Positions 8,709 through 18,560 of a stretch of 64,000 nucleotides of DNA are shown piece after piece. The notes below the pieces were generated by a model that saw only the letters and a list, made by a program, of their open reading frames with translations, did no database searches and had not been told where the DNA came from. The stretch covers positions 1-64,000 of the forward strand of contig JAQBHB010000022.1 of assembly GCA_032128115.1 (NCBI GenBank), written 5' to 3'. The translations under genes were made by a program, and so were the position numbers. The DNA is from Deltaproteobacteria bacterium (GTDB taxonomy: Bacteria; Myxococcota_A; UBA9160; SMWR01). The first letter of the stretch is position 1, and every line of letters starts with the position of its first letter.

Positions 8709-10303
8709 GGTGCAGCGGGCAGCAGCACGTAGAGGTTCTCCCCGAACTGCCCGAACTGACCGAAGACGCGATCCAGGCGATAGCCCACCAATGCGGGAAT
8801 TGCGGCGCGAAGCTCGGCCTCGGAGAGCGTCGTGCCCGGCCGGAAGCCCGAGAGGTTGTTCTCCACCAGGATGCCCAGGGCGTGATCGCTGAGTGCCACG
8901 CCGCCCACCGAGGGGTCGCGAAGCGAGGCCGCGACGCGACCGGGAGTGAGGATTCCCAGGCGCGCGCCGTCGGGTTCCGATCGGCTGGGAAAGTACGAGA
9001 AGATGCTCATCTCCCAACCGGGCGGCACGCGTCGCCCGCTCTCGACGGCGAGCACCGTGTCCAGGGTGACGAGGGTCTGGGATGCAGGGACGCGTTGCGC
9101 CAGATAGCGGGCCACGGTCTGCAACTCGTCCAGGTCGCGCGGATCGCCCGAGAGATGCAGGTGGCGCTGGCCCACGAAACTCGCGGCCTGGAACAGCACG
9201 AAGACCGCCGCCGCCGCACCGAGAGCCCGGCGGCCCGCAGCCGTGGCGCGCTGCCACTGGTGGCCCGCACACCAGGCTGTGACCACGAGAAACGGCACGC
9301 ACACCGCTGCGAAGTACACCGGGAACACCACCCGCGGGATCAGGTTGGGCAGGTAGCCGGCCATGGCGAAGGCGCCGAGTCCGGCGGCGGCCGCCGCGAA
9401 CGAATCGCGTTCGCGTCGCGCGAGCCACACGGCGGCGGCGCCGGCGGTGCACGCGAAGCCCACCAGGGGCACGCCTCCGTAGTACGCGCGCAGCAGCGAG
9501 ATGTCGGCCAGGCGGCGCAGGGCGAAGTCGAGCATGCCCCAGGCCTGTGCCGCCTGGAGTTGATCGTGGCGCTGGGCCTGTCGCGTCACCAGGTTGAAGA
9601 AGACCACGTCCACACCGGCCGTCCACAACATGGCCGCCAGTCCGATGGCGATACCTGCGGCCGGACCCAGCGCCAGGGCCAGCTCGCGCGGATGCTTCCG
9701 GTGCCGGAGCACCACCCAGAGGAGCACCGCCGCCGCCAGGGGCAGCGACGCGATCCGGGTGCCCGCCGCCAGCACTACCGCCACCAGGGCGCCGCTCGAG
9801 GCGCTGGCGCTGGCCGTCGGCCGCAGCAGCAGGAAGGCGCTCGTCATCAAAAGGAAGGCGTTCAGGGTTTCGGTTCGCGTGGTGGTGAACGTCCACAGCA
9901 ACAACGGGGTGAAGGGTGCGATCGCCAGGAAGAGCAGGGCGCCGGGGCGACCGCCCCGCTCGAACGAGAGGCGAGCGCCCAGGGCGACGGTGGCCGAGCC
10001 CAGCAGCCAGGACGCGAGTCGCCCCCCCTCGATCCCGGCGCCCATCAGTTGCTGAGCAAGGCCGTAGACGTAGGGCAGCAGCGGCGCCTGGAAGAACGCG
10101 AAGTCGCGATACGGGAGTTCGCCCTCCAGGACGAGGCGTGCGGCGTAGAGGTACCAGCCCTCGTCGTGGTTCAGGCGTCCGGCTCGGACGAAATGGAAGG
10201 ACGACACCAGCCAGGTGGTGAAGAGGCCGGCCGCCGCTGCGACGAAGGCCAGACGCCGGCGATCCCACGCATTCTCACTGCTTTCGGCGCGACCGCTAGC
10301 CAC
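8705..10303 (-). CDS. GT-C fold membrane glycosyltransferase (GT39/GT83-like)
   Basis: LNHDEGWYLYAARLVLEGELPYRDFAFFQAPLLPY N-terminal loop, many TM helices, soluble C-terminal tail. Confidence 0.8.
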   Translation of the reverse strand: MASGRAESSENAWDRRRLAFVAAAAGLFTTWLVSSFHFVRAGRLNHDEGWYLYAARLVLEGELPYRDFAFFQAPLLPYVYGLAQQLMGAGIEGGRLASWLLGSATVALGARLSFERGGRPGALLFLAIAPFTPLLLWTFTTTRTETLNAFLLMTSAFLLLRPTASASASSGALVAVVLAAGTRIASLPLAAAVLLWVVLRHRKHPRELALALGPAAGIAIGLAAMLWTAGVDVVFFNLVTRQAQRHDQLQAAQAWGMLDFALRRLADISLLRAYYGGVPLVGFACTAGAAAVWLARRERDSFAAAAAGLGAFAMAGYLPNLIPRVVFPVYFAAVCVPFLVVTAWCAGHQWQRATAAGRRALGAAAAVFVLFQAASFVGQRHLHLSGDPRDLDELQTVARYLAQRVPASQTLVTLDTVLAVESGRRVPPGWEMSIFSYFPSRSEPDGARLGILTPGRVAASLRDPSVGGVALSDHALGILVENNLSGFRPGTTLSEAELRAAIPALVGYRLDRVFGQFGQFGENLYVLLPAAP

Positions 10304-11426
10304 GTGCTGGCCTCGGAATCAAGCCGCGCTGCTCGAGGCCGCCGATGATGGCATCGGCGGCCACCTCGTAACCCCGCGGCGTCGGATGCCAGACGTCGAG
10401 GAAGAGCGCCTCCTTTCCCGGGCCGCGGGCCTGCAGGAAGGCCGGGAGCAGGTCGATCGTCACCCAGCCGCCGCGTTCGCCAAGCGTGACCAGCTGCTCC
10501 TGGAGGCGATCCGAAGCGCGATCGTCGAGTTGGGCGCGGAACGGGAAGACGAGGAGGGCGAAGCGCGCGCCCGCGTTCGAGGCGCGCTGGTTCATCTCGC
10601 CGTACCAATGCGCCAGCCAGCGCGCCTGGGTCCGATCGAGTCGGTCGAGCGAGCGCAGGGCCGCCTTCTCCGACGCCGCGTCCGGCTCCGTCGCGCGCCA
10701 GGCGAGCCAGGCGTCGTCGAGCAGCGCACACAGCGCGAGCCCCCGACACGCTCCCAGCGAACCCGCGAGTCCGGGTGACGCGGGCGCGCGTCGCGCGCTG
10801 GGATCGGGGAACGCCGCGTCCGGGATCGCGCCCAGGTGCATCAGGGTCTGGGCATCGAAGTGGAGCGTGGGATCATTGAGATCATTGCTGCAGAACTGCA
10901 CGAGCACCAGGTCGGGTTCGTAGCCGATGCCCACGTCGGCGAGCAGCGCGGCCTCGTTGTAGGGGTTGTAGCCGCCCACGCCGAGATTCAGGACCTCGAC
11001 ATTTTGGCCCAGTCGTGCCTCCAACAGCATCTCCATCCGCTTGGGATAGGTCTGCTGCTGCGCGACGCCGTAACCGAACGTGAGCGAGTCGCCGAGAACC
11101 AGGATGCGAAACACGCCGGGGGGCTTGGGTCGCGCGTAGATGCGGTCGCGGAACCCGTCCGCGTTGATCTGGTAGAGCGTGTCACCGGTGGCGTCGATCG
11201 TGCCGGTGGCTCCCGGTCGCAGGCCGAACAGCCACGTCCGATCGGGCCGCATCTGGTGCAGTCCCCGGAGCCCCGTGCTTGCGCGCGGAGCCAGCATGCG
11301 CAGGGCCAGCTCCGAAGCGCCCAGGGCCACGGCGAAACTGAGGGCAGCCAGAGCCAGGCGCCCCCTCAGGTGGCGTGCGGATGAGGCGGTCGACAACGAT
11401 GCACTCCCCGCTTGTCCGTAGCCCAC
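10296..11426 (-). CDS. SGNH/GDSL hydrolase or acetyltransferase with N-terminal anchor
   Basis: INADGFRD, RILVLGDSLTFGYGV, NLGVGGY, FCSND, FLDVWHPT. Confidence 0.9.
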   Translation of the reverse strand: MGYGQAGSASLSTASSARHLRGRLALAALSFAVALGASELALRMLAPRASTGLRGLHQMRPDRTWLFGLRPGATGTIDATGDTLYQINADGFRDRIYARPKPPGVFRILVLGDSLTFGYGVAQQQTYPKRMEMLLEARLGQNVEVLNLGVGGYNPYNEAALLADVGIGYEPDLVLVQFCSNDLNDPTLHFDAQTLMHLGAIPDAAFPDPSARRAPASPGLAGSLGACRGLALCALLDDAWLAWRATEPDAASEKAALRSLDRLDRTQARWLAHWYGEMNQRASNAGARFALLVFPFRAQLDDRASDRLQEQLVTLGERGGWVTIDLLPAFLQARGPGKEALFLDVWHPTPRGYEVAADAIIGGLEQRGLIPRPARG

Positions 11427-11517
11427 GCGTCACGATACCGTAAAGAACCCGGCCAGTTCGCGGATCCACCGCCTCCCGGGCGGAGACCGTACGCCCGGTT
11501 CCGAAAGGTCTGGATCC

Positions 11518-13980
11518 TTGACGCGACGCGCTCTCCTGCTCATGGTGCTGTTCTTCGCGTCCGGCGCGGCGGCCCTCGCCTACGAGGTGGTCTGGATCCG
11601 CCTGCTGTCGCTGACGCTCTCCATCACCGTCTACTCGCTCACCACCGTGTTGTGTGCCTTCATGACCGGCCTGGCCATTGGCGCCGCCGTGGCGGCTGCG
11701 GTGGCCGACCGCCTCCGCTACCCGCTGGTGGCCTTCGGCCTGGCCGAGCTGGGTATCGGTGTGTGCGGCGTCGCGGTGACCGCGATCCTGTTCCGCCTCG
11801 GACCCGCCTACATCTGGCTCCACGACCTGCTGGGGGGGCAGGGTGCCGTCTTCGTGGGAAGTCGCTTCGTGCTGGCCTTCGCCATCCTGCTGCTGCCCAC
11901 CACCCTGATGGGGGTCACGCTGCCGCTCCTGAGTCGCGTGGTAATCGGGAGCGAGGACGCGGTGGGTCGCGGAGCGGGCGGCCTCTACGCCGCCAATACC
12001 CTGGGCGCGGTGTTGGGCTGCGTGGCCGCGGGCTTCGTCCTGATTCCGGTGCTCGGCCTGCAGACCACCTGCGCGGTCGTGGCCGTGGTCAACCTGGCGG
12101 TCGGCGGTCTGGCCATCGTCTGGGGGCGCCGGCTGCCCGTTGCGCCCGCGCCTCCGGTGGCGGAAACGCAGCGGGCTCCGATCCCGCGGTCCGCGGTGAT
12201 CGCCGCCGCGGCCTTCGGCATCTCCGGGTTCACGGCCATGGGCTACGAGGTGCTCTGGACCCGGGCGCTCGAGCACTACACCCACAACTCGACCTACGCC
12301 TACACCGCGATGCTCGCGATCTTCCTGCTGGGTCTGGGGGGCGGCAGCGCGCTCATGGCTCGCCGCGCCGACGGCCTTCGCAGGCCCCTGGCGGCATTGG
12401 CGCTGCTGCAGGTGGGGATCGCAGCCAGCGTGGTGGGGGCGCTCCTGATCTACATCCGCTTCGAGACGTTTGTTCCCGCCCTGGCCGAGGGCATGGGGGG
12501 CATTGCGTCCTGGTCGCGGGTGGTTGCCCTGATCTTCACCGAGGCGGGGATCACCATGCTGGCCACCACCCTGATGCTGGGAGCCATGTTTCCACTGGTG
12601 GCTCGGCTCGCCGTGGATTCACTCCAGGTGGTGGGCACGCGCATCGGCCTGGCGTATCTGATCAACACCCTGGGCGCGATCCTGGGCTCGCTGCTGGTGG
12701 GGTTCTGGCTGTTGCCCTGGCTCGGCGTGCGCGGCGCCTTCGTGACCCTGATCGCCATCAACGCGGTTCTCGGGGGTTCGCTGGCCCTTCTCGCGTCGTC
12801 GCAGAGGCGCTGGGGGATCGCGGCCGCCGCGACCGCCACCGGGGTCGCAGCCTTCGCACTGATCCCGGTGCGCCTGTTCGAGGACCAGTTCCGGGCCCGC
12901 TTCGAGAACCTGCGTTTCTACCGCGAGGAGATCACGGATACGGTGATGGTGACCGAGGCGCAAGACGGCTCGCGCATGATCCGCTACGCCGATGGCCGGG
13001 GCACGGCGGGAACCACGACGGTGGTGGGCGACCGCATGTACGGGCACATCCCCATGCTGCTGCACCCGAACCCGCTGAAGATCCTCCAGATCACCTTCGG
13101 GGTCGGGAACTCGCTCTCGTCGGTTCTTCAGCACCCGGTGGAGAGCGTGGTGTGTGTCGAGCTCAGCCCGGGAGTCATCGATGCCGCGCCTTTCTTCGCC
13201 GTCACCAACCGCAATGCGCTGGAAGACCCGCGCGTTTCGCTGGTGATCAACGACGGCCGCAACTATCTGCTGACGAGCCACGATCGCTACGACGTGATCC
13301 GGCTGGATCCGCCCGAACTCCACACGGCGGGCGTGGTGAATCTCTACACCCGCGAGTTCTATCAGATGGCTCGCGACCACCTAGCGCCCGGGGGAATCTT
13401 CAGCATCTGGATCAACAACGTGATGACGCCGGAAGACGACATCCGCATGCTGCTTCGCACGGCCCTGGACGTGTTTCCCCATGTCTCCGTCTGGCACGAC
13501 CCGTTCATGTATTCCTGGGTCATCAACGGCAGCGTGACGCCCCATGATCCGGATCTGGCCCTGCTGGAGCGGAAGTTCGCCAGGCCCGAGGTGGCCCGGG
13601 ACCTGGCCTCGATCGAGATCGATAGCCCCTACGAGTTCCTGTCGCACTTCGTGTTCGCGGGTGAGGCCCTCGCCGCGTGGGCCGGGGAGGGCCCGCTGGT
13701 GCTGGACGATCACACGCGCCTGGATTTCACGGTGCCGCGGTCGGACGAGGCGAACTTCGGAATCGCGAACTACAACACCAACCAGTGGCTGGTACAGCTG
13801 ACGGCCCCGGACGCCAACTACAACGTGGCACTGGTACGCTTCGGCCGGAAGGTGCGGCACCTGGCGACGTTCAAGGAGCCGGTGCTTCCGTACCTGGCCA
13901 ACACGGATACGGACGGCCGCAACGCCGCGGCGGTGCAACGCGAGCTCGACGCCGCCCTGGCGCAGCTCCCGATCCACTGA
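11518..13980 (+). CDS. Fused MFS-like membrane domain / spermidine-synthase-like SAM-dependent domain
   Basis: Two repeats of the SG..AL.YEV.W.R ... YA.NT.GA..G membrane unit, then ILQITFGVG, VELSPGV, NDGRNYL, NLYTREFY, LAPGG. Confidence 0.88.
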   Translation: MTRRALLLMVLFFASGAAALAYEVVWIRLLSLTLSITVYSLTTVLCAFMTGLAIGAAVAAAVADRLRYPLVAFGLAELGIGVCGVAVTAILFRLGPAYIWLHDLLGGQGAVFVGSRFVLAFAILLLPTTLMGVTLPLLSRVVIGSEDAVGRGAGGLYAANTLGAVLGCVAAGFVLIPVLGLQTTCAVVAVVNLAVGGLAIVWGRRLPVAPAPPVAETQRAPIPRSAVIAAAAFGISGFTAMGYEVLWTRALEHYTHNSTYAYTAMLAIFLLGLGGGSALMARRADGLRRPLAALALLQVGIAASVVGALLIYIRFETFVPALAEGMGGIASWSRVVALIFTEAGITMLATTLMLGAMFPLVARLAVDSLQVVGTRIGLAYLINTLGAILGSLLVGFWLLPWLGVRGAFVTLIAINAVLGGSLALLASSQRRWGIAAAATATGVAAFALIPVRLFEDQFRARFENLRFYREEITDTVMVTEAQDGSRMIRYADGRGTAGTTTVVGDRMYGHIPMLLHPNPLKILQITFGVGNSLSSVLQHPVESVVCVELSPGVIDAAPFFAVTNRNALEDPRVSLVINDGRNYLLTSHDRYDVIRLDPPELHTAGVVNLYTREFYQMARDHLAPGGIFSIWINNVMTPEDDIRMLLRTALDVFPHVSVWHDPFMYSWVINGSVTPHDPDLALLERKFARPEVARDLASIEIDSPYEFLSHFVFAGEALAAWAGEGPLVLDDHTRLDFTVPRSDEANFGIANYNTNQWLVQLTAPDANYNVALVRFGRKVRHLATFKEPVLPYLANTDTDGRNAAAVQRELDAALAQLPIH

Positions 13981-13984
13981 TCGC

Positions 13985-16087
13985 TCACTCGTTCGGGTTC
14001 GAGACCGTGATTCGCGGGCCGCCCCAGAGCGCCCGGGCTTCCGGGTCGAGCAGGAGCTTGTTGGGCGTCAACGCGAGCCGGAGCGTGATCTGCTCGCCGG
14101 CGTAGGCCGAGAGATCCACCGCGAAGGGCTTCCAGCGCATGCCCGGCTTGACCAACCGCACGCTGCCCAGGGTTTCGAAGGCGTCGCCGCGGGACACGGC
14201 CACCGAAAACTGGCACCGCTCCTCCTGGGAAAACAGATCCTCCTCGCCCACCAGCGCCGTGATTCCGATTCCCGCCTCGAATCGCGCGTTCTCCGGAATC
14301 TCGAGATCGAAGTCGATGCCTCCCCCCCGCGGACCCAGGGGAATCGCGATGGGCCTTCGGTTGAGCTTGGTGGCGAGGCGGGGAAGCGGCTCGGAGACGC
14401 TTCGCTCGGCGCCGTCCCGGCCGCGAATCCAGACGTGCCCCTGATCGCTGCGGTCGAAGAGATCGATGACCGTGGCGCCCCGGTCGGGGCCGGGTTCGAG
14501 CACCGAAATCCAGTTGTAACGGGCCAACGGGTAGTCTTCGGGCACGCGGAAGAAGCGCTCCAGGTGGGCTTCCACGGCGGGCAGTTCTTCGCGATACCAG
14601 GTGTAGAGATCCTGGTCGATGTCGCTCATTACCACGTAGCGAACGTCCTCGAGGGCTTCGAGGATCGTCCGTTCCTGCTCTTCTCGCATACCCGGGATGA
14701 CGCCGCTGTAGGGCGTCGGGTTGTGCGCGTCCGTGGCGAAGTAGATCAGGGGCTCGGAGCGGGCGACGAAGATGGTGTCGCCGGGCTCGAGATTCTGGCG
14801 CAGGTAGGCGATCGCATTGGAGAGCGAACGACCGCGCACCTGCCCCGTGACGGGGTTCTGCGGCACGTGCGGGCCCAGCTGCGGTTCGCGGGCCCGCGCC
14901 AGGATTGCCCAGGTGGCCGCCACGAAACCCAGAGCGAGCGCCGCCGAGCAGCCGGCCGCGATGCGCACGCGTCGCCGCGACACGCGTCCCGGGCGCGCCG
15001 GCCAGGTCATCGCGATCTGCGCCAGGGCCGGTGGCAGGGCGAACACCAGGTGCCCCCAGTCGCTGCGGGGAAACAGGTTCGTGGTGAGTGCGAATAGCAC
15101 GGCGGTGTGGATCCACACGGCGGGCGGAAGCGGACCCCGGCGCCGCGCCAACGCCGGGCACGCCAACGCGATGAATGGGAGCGCGTACAGGAGCTGCGTC
15201 AGGAGGACCGCCCATACCGGCTCGTCTCCGAAGACGCCGTGGGTCAGCGCGTAGAGAGACGGAAAATAGAGTGCCTTGTTGGGCACCACGTCTTCGGCCA
15301 GGACGCCGGGAGGCCAGAAGTTCATGTAGGGGGTGGAAAACGTCTCATCGAAGGAGAGCGGCAGCACCACGATCGAGTGGACCAGGAGTTGCAGCTCGCC
15401 GCGCAAGGCGTACGCGCCCAGGGTCACCAGGGCCACCGCCACTCCCCCGGCCGCCAGCTGCAGGGGTGCGCGGAACCGCCGGTTCCGGGGAGCGCATGCG
15501 AAGACCGCGGCGAGTAGCCCTGCGGCCAGGGCGACTCCCAGGGTCTGCTTGCAGAGTGCCGCGCACGCCACCAGGATGCCCGCGAGCCAGCCCCAGCGAT
15601 CCGATTCGCAGGCGCGCAGCGCCGGATAGGCGGCGATCACGCTGAACTCGAAGGCGAGGGTGGTGTGGAAGAACAAGGAGAACAGCGGAAACAGCAGGAC
15701 GGGAGCGCTCGCCATTCCGGCCGCGGCGACATGGGCCAGGGGCCCCGCACCGGCCCGGGCGGCCACCCCGTACACGGATGCGCAGGCGAGGCCGTGCAAC
15801 AGCACCACCGCCCCCCGCGCCACGGCGATCTCCTCTCCGAAGGCGCGAAACAGGGCCGCTAGCAGCTCGAAGGGCAGGGGGCCCGTGAAGCTCACCACGT
15901 CCCGATACAGGTGTTCTCCCGCGACCATGCGTTGGGCCACGTGGACGATCAGGCCCTCCTCGAGCAGGTTGGGCTCGAAGCGCACCATGAAGGCGCACAC
16001 ACTCGCGCCCAACATCCCCCAGACGAGCGCGGTGCTGGCCGCGAAGCGGTGGCCTTGCGAGGCGGGTGTGGCGTGAGAAGCGTCCAA
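13985..16087 (-). CDS. GT-C fold membrane glycosyltransferase with a C-terminal beta-sandwich domain
   Basis: EEGLIVHVAQRMVAGEHLYRDVVSFTGP loop; ALCKQ; TM helices; C-terminal WKPFAVDLSAYAGEQITLRL. The TTG start is uncertain. Confidence 0.75.
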   Translation of the reverse strand: MDASHATPASQGHRFAASTALVWGMLGASVCAFMVRFEPNLLEEGLIVHVAQRMVAGEHLYRDVVSFTGPLPFELLAALFRAFGEEIAVARGAVVLLHGLACASVYGVAARAGAGPLAHVAAAGMASAPVLLFPLFSLFFHTTLAFEFSVIAAYPALRACESDRWGWLAGILVACAALCKQTLGVALAAGLLAAVFACAPRNRRFRAPLQLAAGGVAVALVTLGAYALRGELQLLVHSIVVLPLSFDETFSTPYMNFWPPGVLAEDVVPNKALYFPSLYALTHGVFGDEPVWAVLLTQLLYALPFIALACPALARRRGPLPPAVWIHTAVLFALTTNLFPRSDWGHLVFALPPALAQIAMTWPARPGRVSRRRVRIAAGCSAALALGFVAATWAILARAREPQLGPHVPQNPVTGQVRGRSLSNAIAYLRQNLEPGDTIFVARSEPLIYFATDAHNPTPYSGVIPGMREEQERTILEALEDVRYVVMSDIDQDLYTWYREELPAVEAHLERFFRVPEDYPLARYNWISVLEPGPDRGATVIDLFDRSDQGHVWIRGRDGAERSVSEPLPRLATKLNRRPIAIPLGPRGGGIDFDLEIPENARFEAGIGITALVGEEDLFSQEERCQFSVAVSRGDAFETLGSVRLVKPGMRWKPFAVDLSAYAGEQITLRLALTPNKLLLDPEARALWGGPRITVSNPNE

Positions 16088-18547
16088 GGGCGTCCTACTC
16101 TACCAACTCCCGTCCCGGGGGCGGGGCCACCAGGGAGTCGAGCGCTGGAGCGTAGAAGTCTCTACCTCGAGATCTTCGTGATCTCGTTCGCCGCGCTCCT
16201 GCTCGAGATCAGCTACACGCGGGTCTTCTCGTTCAAGGTCTCGTCCTACTACACCTTCCTGATCATCGGGATCGCCTTGCTGGGGATCGGGGCCGGCGGC
16301 GTGTTCGTGGCCCTGTGGCGCCGGTTGCGGGCGGTGCCCACCGAACGCCTGCTGTGGCGGCTGTCGCTGGTGGCAGCAGCGGGAATCGCGGTCAGCTACT
16401 TCGGCGTTGCGGGTGTGGCGCTCGACACCCTGAATCCCCCGTCGAGCCCGGGCCCGGTGCTGCGTCTGGCGTGGGTGTGCCTGCTGATGTTCGCGAGCTT
16501 CGTGGGCATCGGGCTCATGATCGCCGTGATCTTCACGCGCCGGGCCGAGACCATCGGGCGCGTCTACACCGCCGACCTGATGGGAGCCGGTCTCGGTTGT
16601 GCGGCCGCGATTCCGCTCATGATCGTTCTCACACCCCCGGGCTGCGTATTCGCCGCCGGCGCCGCGGTGGCCCTTGCGGGCATCCGGCCGGCGCGCGCCC
16701 ACACGCGCAGCGGGGCGTGGGCGAGCCTCGCCCTGGCGGCCGTGTTGGGCGCAGTGGCGGTGGGAGCCCGGTCGCTGCCCGACCCGGTGGTGGACCCGGT
16801 CAAGACCCTGAGCCCAGGCAAGCTGGCGCGTTGGGGCTTTACGTCCGTCTTCGCACGCTGGCATCCGGTGTTCCGGGTGGACGTGCTCGAATCGAAGCTG
16901 ATGCCCGACGCCAAGGCCCTGGTGCACGACGGCGACTGGGGCTCGGCCCTGCACCGCTTCGATGGTGACCTGGACGCGGCGCGGGAGCGCTACGAGAACT
17001 CCAGCCGACGGTTGCCCTTCGCGGTGGCGAAGCCGCGGCCCCGGGTCCTGATCCTGGGGTCGGCGGGCGGCAACGAGATCCTGGCTTCCCTGGTCTTCGA
17101 CGCGGAGCACATCACGGCGGTGGAGCTCAACCCGGTGACCGTCTCGCTGGTGCGCGAGCACTTCGCCGACTTCACCGGGCGCCTGGCCGAGTATCCCCAG
17201 GTGGATCTCGTCAACGCCGAAGGCCGCTCGTTCCTCTCGCGCGATCGCCAGAAATCCGACCTGATCTATTTCGTGGCCCCGGACAGCTACGCCTCCATGA
17301 ACGGTCAGGCGTCGGGCTTCGTGCTGGTGGAGAGCTACCTCTACACCCGCGAGATGGTGCGCGAGGTGGTCTCCCACTTGAATCCAGGCGGGATCCTCTG
17401 CATGCAGTTCGGTGAGGTGGCCTACGCCAGCAAGCCCAACCGCACGGCGCGTTTCCTGGCCACTGCGCGCGCCGCCTTTGGCGACCTCGGGATCCAGGAT
17501 TTTGGCCGCCACGTGCTTCGGGCCACCAACAAGGATTTCCCCATCGAGCTGTCCACGATCCTGCTGAGCCCGCAGCCGTTCAGCGAGGCCCAGAGCGAGG
17601 AGTTCCTGCGAATAGTCGCGACGATTCCCCGCGCGACGCCCCGCTACGCCTGGCAGCGCGACCTGGGTCGCGATTTTCCCAACGCGGTGATCAGCCTGCC
17701 GGCGGCGGATCTCGAGCAGCTCTACCGCGGCTACCCCTACGAGATCCGACCCGTGACCGACGATGCGCCGTTCTTCTGGCACTTTGCGCGCTTTCGCGAC
17801 GTGCTCTCGCGGAACAACCCGGCCCTGGCCCACCCTATCGGCCCCGAAGACGGGCGCGGCGAGTCCGCGCTGCTGGTGATGCTCTTCGTGGCCGGCGGCC
17901 TCTCGGCCGTGTTCCTGCTCCTGCCCTTCGTGGCGGTGCGCGCCCGCTGGGCCGAGCTGCCCGCCAAGGGGCGTGCGGCGCTCTACTTCGCCTGCCTGGG
18001 GCTCGGCTTCATGTTCTTCGAGGTGGTGCTGATCCAGAAGCTCACCCTGTTTCTCGGCTATCCGACGTACACCCTCACCGTGACGTTGTTCGCGCTGCTG
18101 GTGTTCTCGGGCCTGGGAAGCCTCGCCTCGGCCCGGTATCTCGAGTCGCGCGATCGGGTGGTGCCGTGGCTGATGGCCGCACTGGGGGTGCTGGCAGTCT
18201 TCTACGCCTACGGCCTGGGGCCGGCAGCAAACGCGCTGGCTGCGCTTCCCCTGGCGGCGCGCATCGCCCTGGTGGCCGCGGCCCTGGCGCCGCTGGGTCT
18301 CGTGCTTGGCGCCTTCATGCCGCTGGGATTGACCACGGTCTCACGCCTCGGCCCCCACGCGACCGAGTACGTGGCCTGGGGCTGGGCCATCAACGGCGTC
18401 TTCTCCGTGATCGGCTCGATCGGCGCCACGATCCTGTCCATGACCTACGGCTTCCGCGCCGTCCTCTTGGTCGCGTTGCTGCTGTACGTTGTGGCCGCGG
18501 TGACGCTCTGGAGGGTTCCCCTGCAATCCCGCGACGCGGCCGTCTGA
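16073..18547 (+). CDS. Membrane protein with a central spermidine-synthase-like SAM-binding domain
   Basis: LLLEISYTRVFS, VYTADLMGAGLG, VLILGSAGG, AVELNP, AEGRSFL, YLYTRE, VTDDAPFF, LGYPTY, WGWAINGVFSVIG. Start uncertain (GTG 16073 or CTG 16145). Confidence 0.85.
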   Translation: MRSVQGRPTLPTPVPGAGPPGSRALERRSLYLEIFVISFAALLLEISYTRVFSFKVSSYYTFLIIGIALLGIGAGGVFVALWRRLRAVPTERLLWRLSLVAAAGIAVSYFGVAGVALDTLNPPSSPGPVLRLAWVCLLMFASFVGIGLMIAVIFTRRAETIGRVYTADLMGAGLGCAAAIPLMIVLTPPGCVFAAGAAVALAGIRPARAHTRSGAWASLALAAVLGAVAVGARSLPDPVVDPVKTLSPGKLARWGFTSVFARWHPVFRVDVLESKLMPDAKALVHDGDWGSALHRFDGDLDAARERYENSSRRLPFAVAKPRPRVLILGSAGGNEILASLVFDAEHITAVELNPVTVSLVREHFADFTGRLAEYPQVDLVNAEGRSFLSRDRQKSDLIYFVAPDSYASMNGQASGFVLVESYLYTREMVREVVSHLNPGGILCMQFGEVAYASKPNRTARFLATARAAFGDLGIQDFGRHVLRATNKDFPIELSTILLSPQPFSEAQSEEFLRIVATIPRATPRYAWQRDLGRDFPNAVISLPAADLEQLYRGYPYEIRPVTDDAPFFWHFARFRDVLSRNNPALAHPIGPEDGRGESALLVMLFVAGGLSAVFLLLPFVAVRARWAELPAKGRAALYFACLGLGFMFFEVVLIQKLTLFLGYPTYTLTVTLFALLVFSGLGSLASARYLESRDRVVPWLMAALGVLAVFYAYGLGPAANALAALPLAARIALVAAALAPLGLVLGAFMPLGLTTVSRLGPHATEYVAWGWAINGVFSVIGSIGATILSMTYGFRAVLLVALLLYVVAAVTLWRVPLQSRDAAV

Positions 18548-18560
18548 GCGGGGAGAACCG

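Noticed and set aside
11518..18547. Polyamine biosynthesis (speE)
   Set aside because: The dcSAM-selecting and catalytic Asp motifs are missing and there is no speD in the window.
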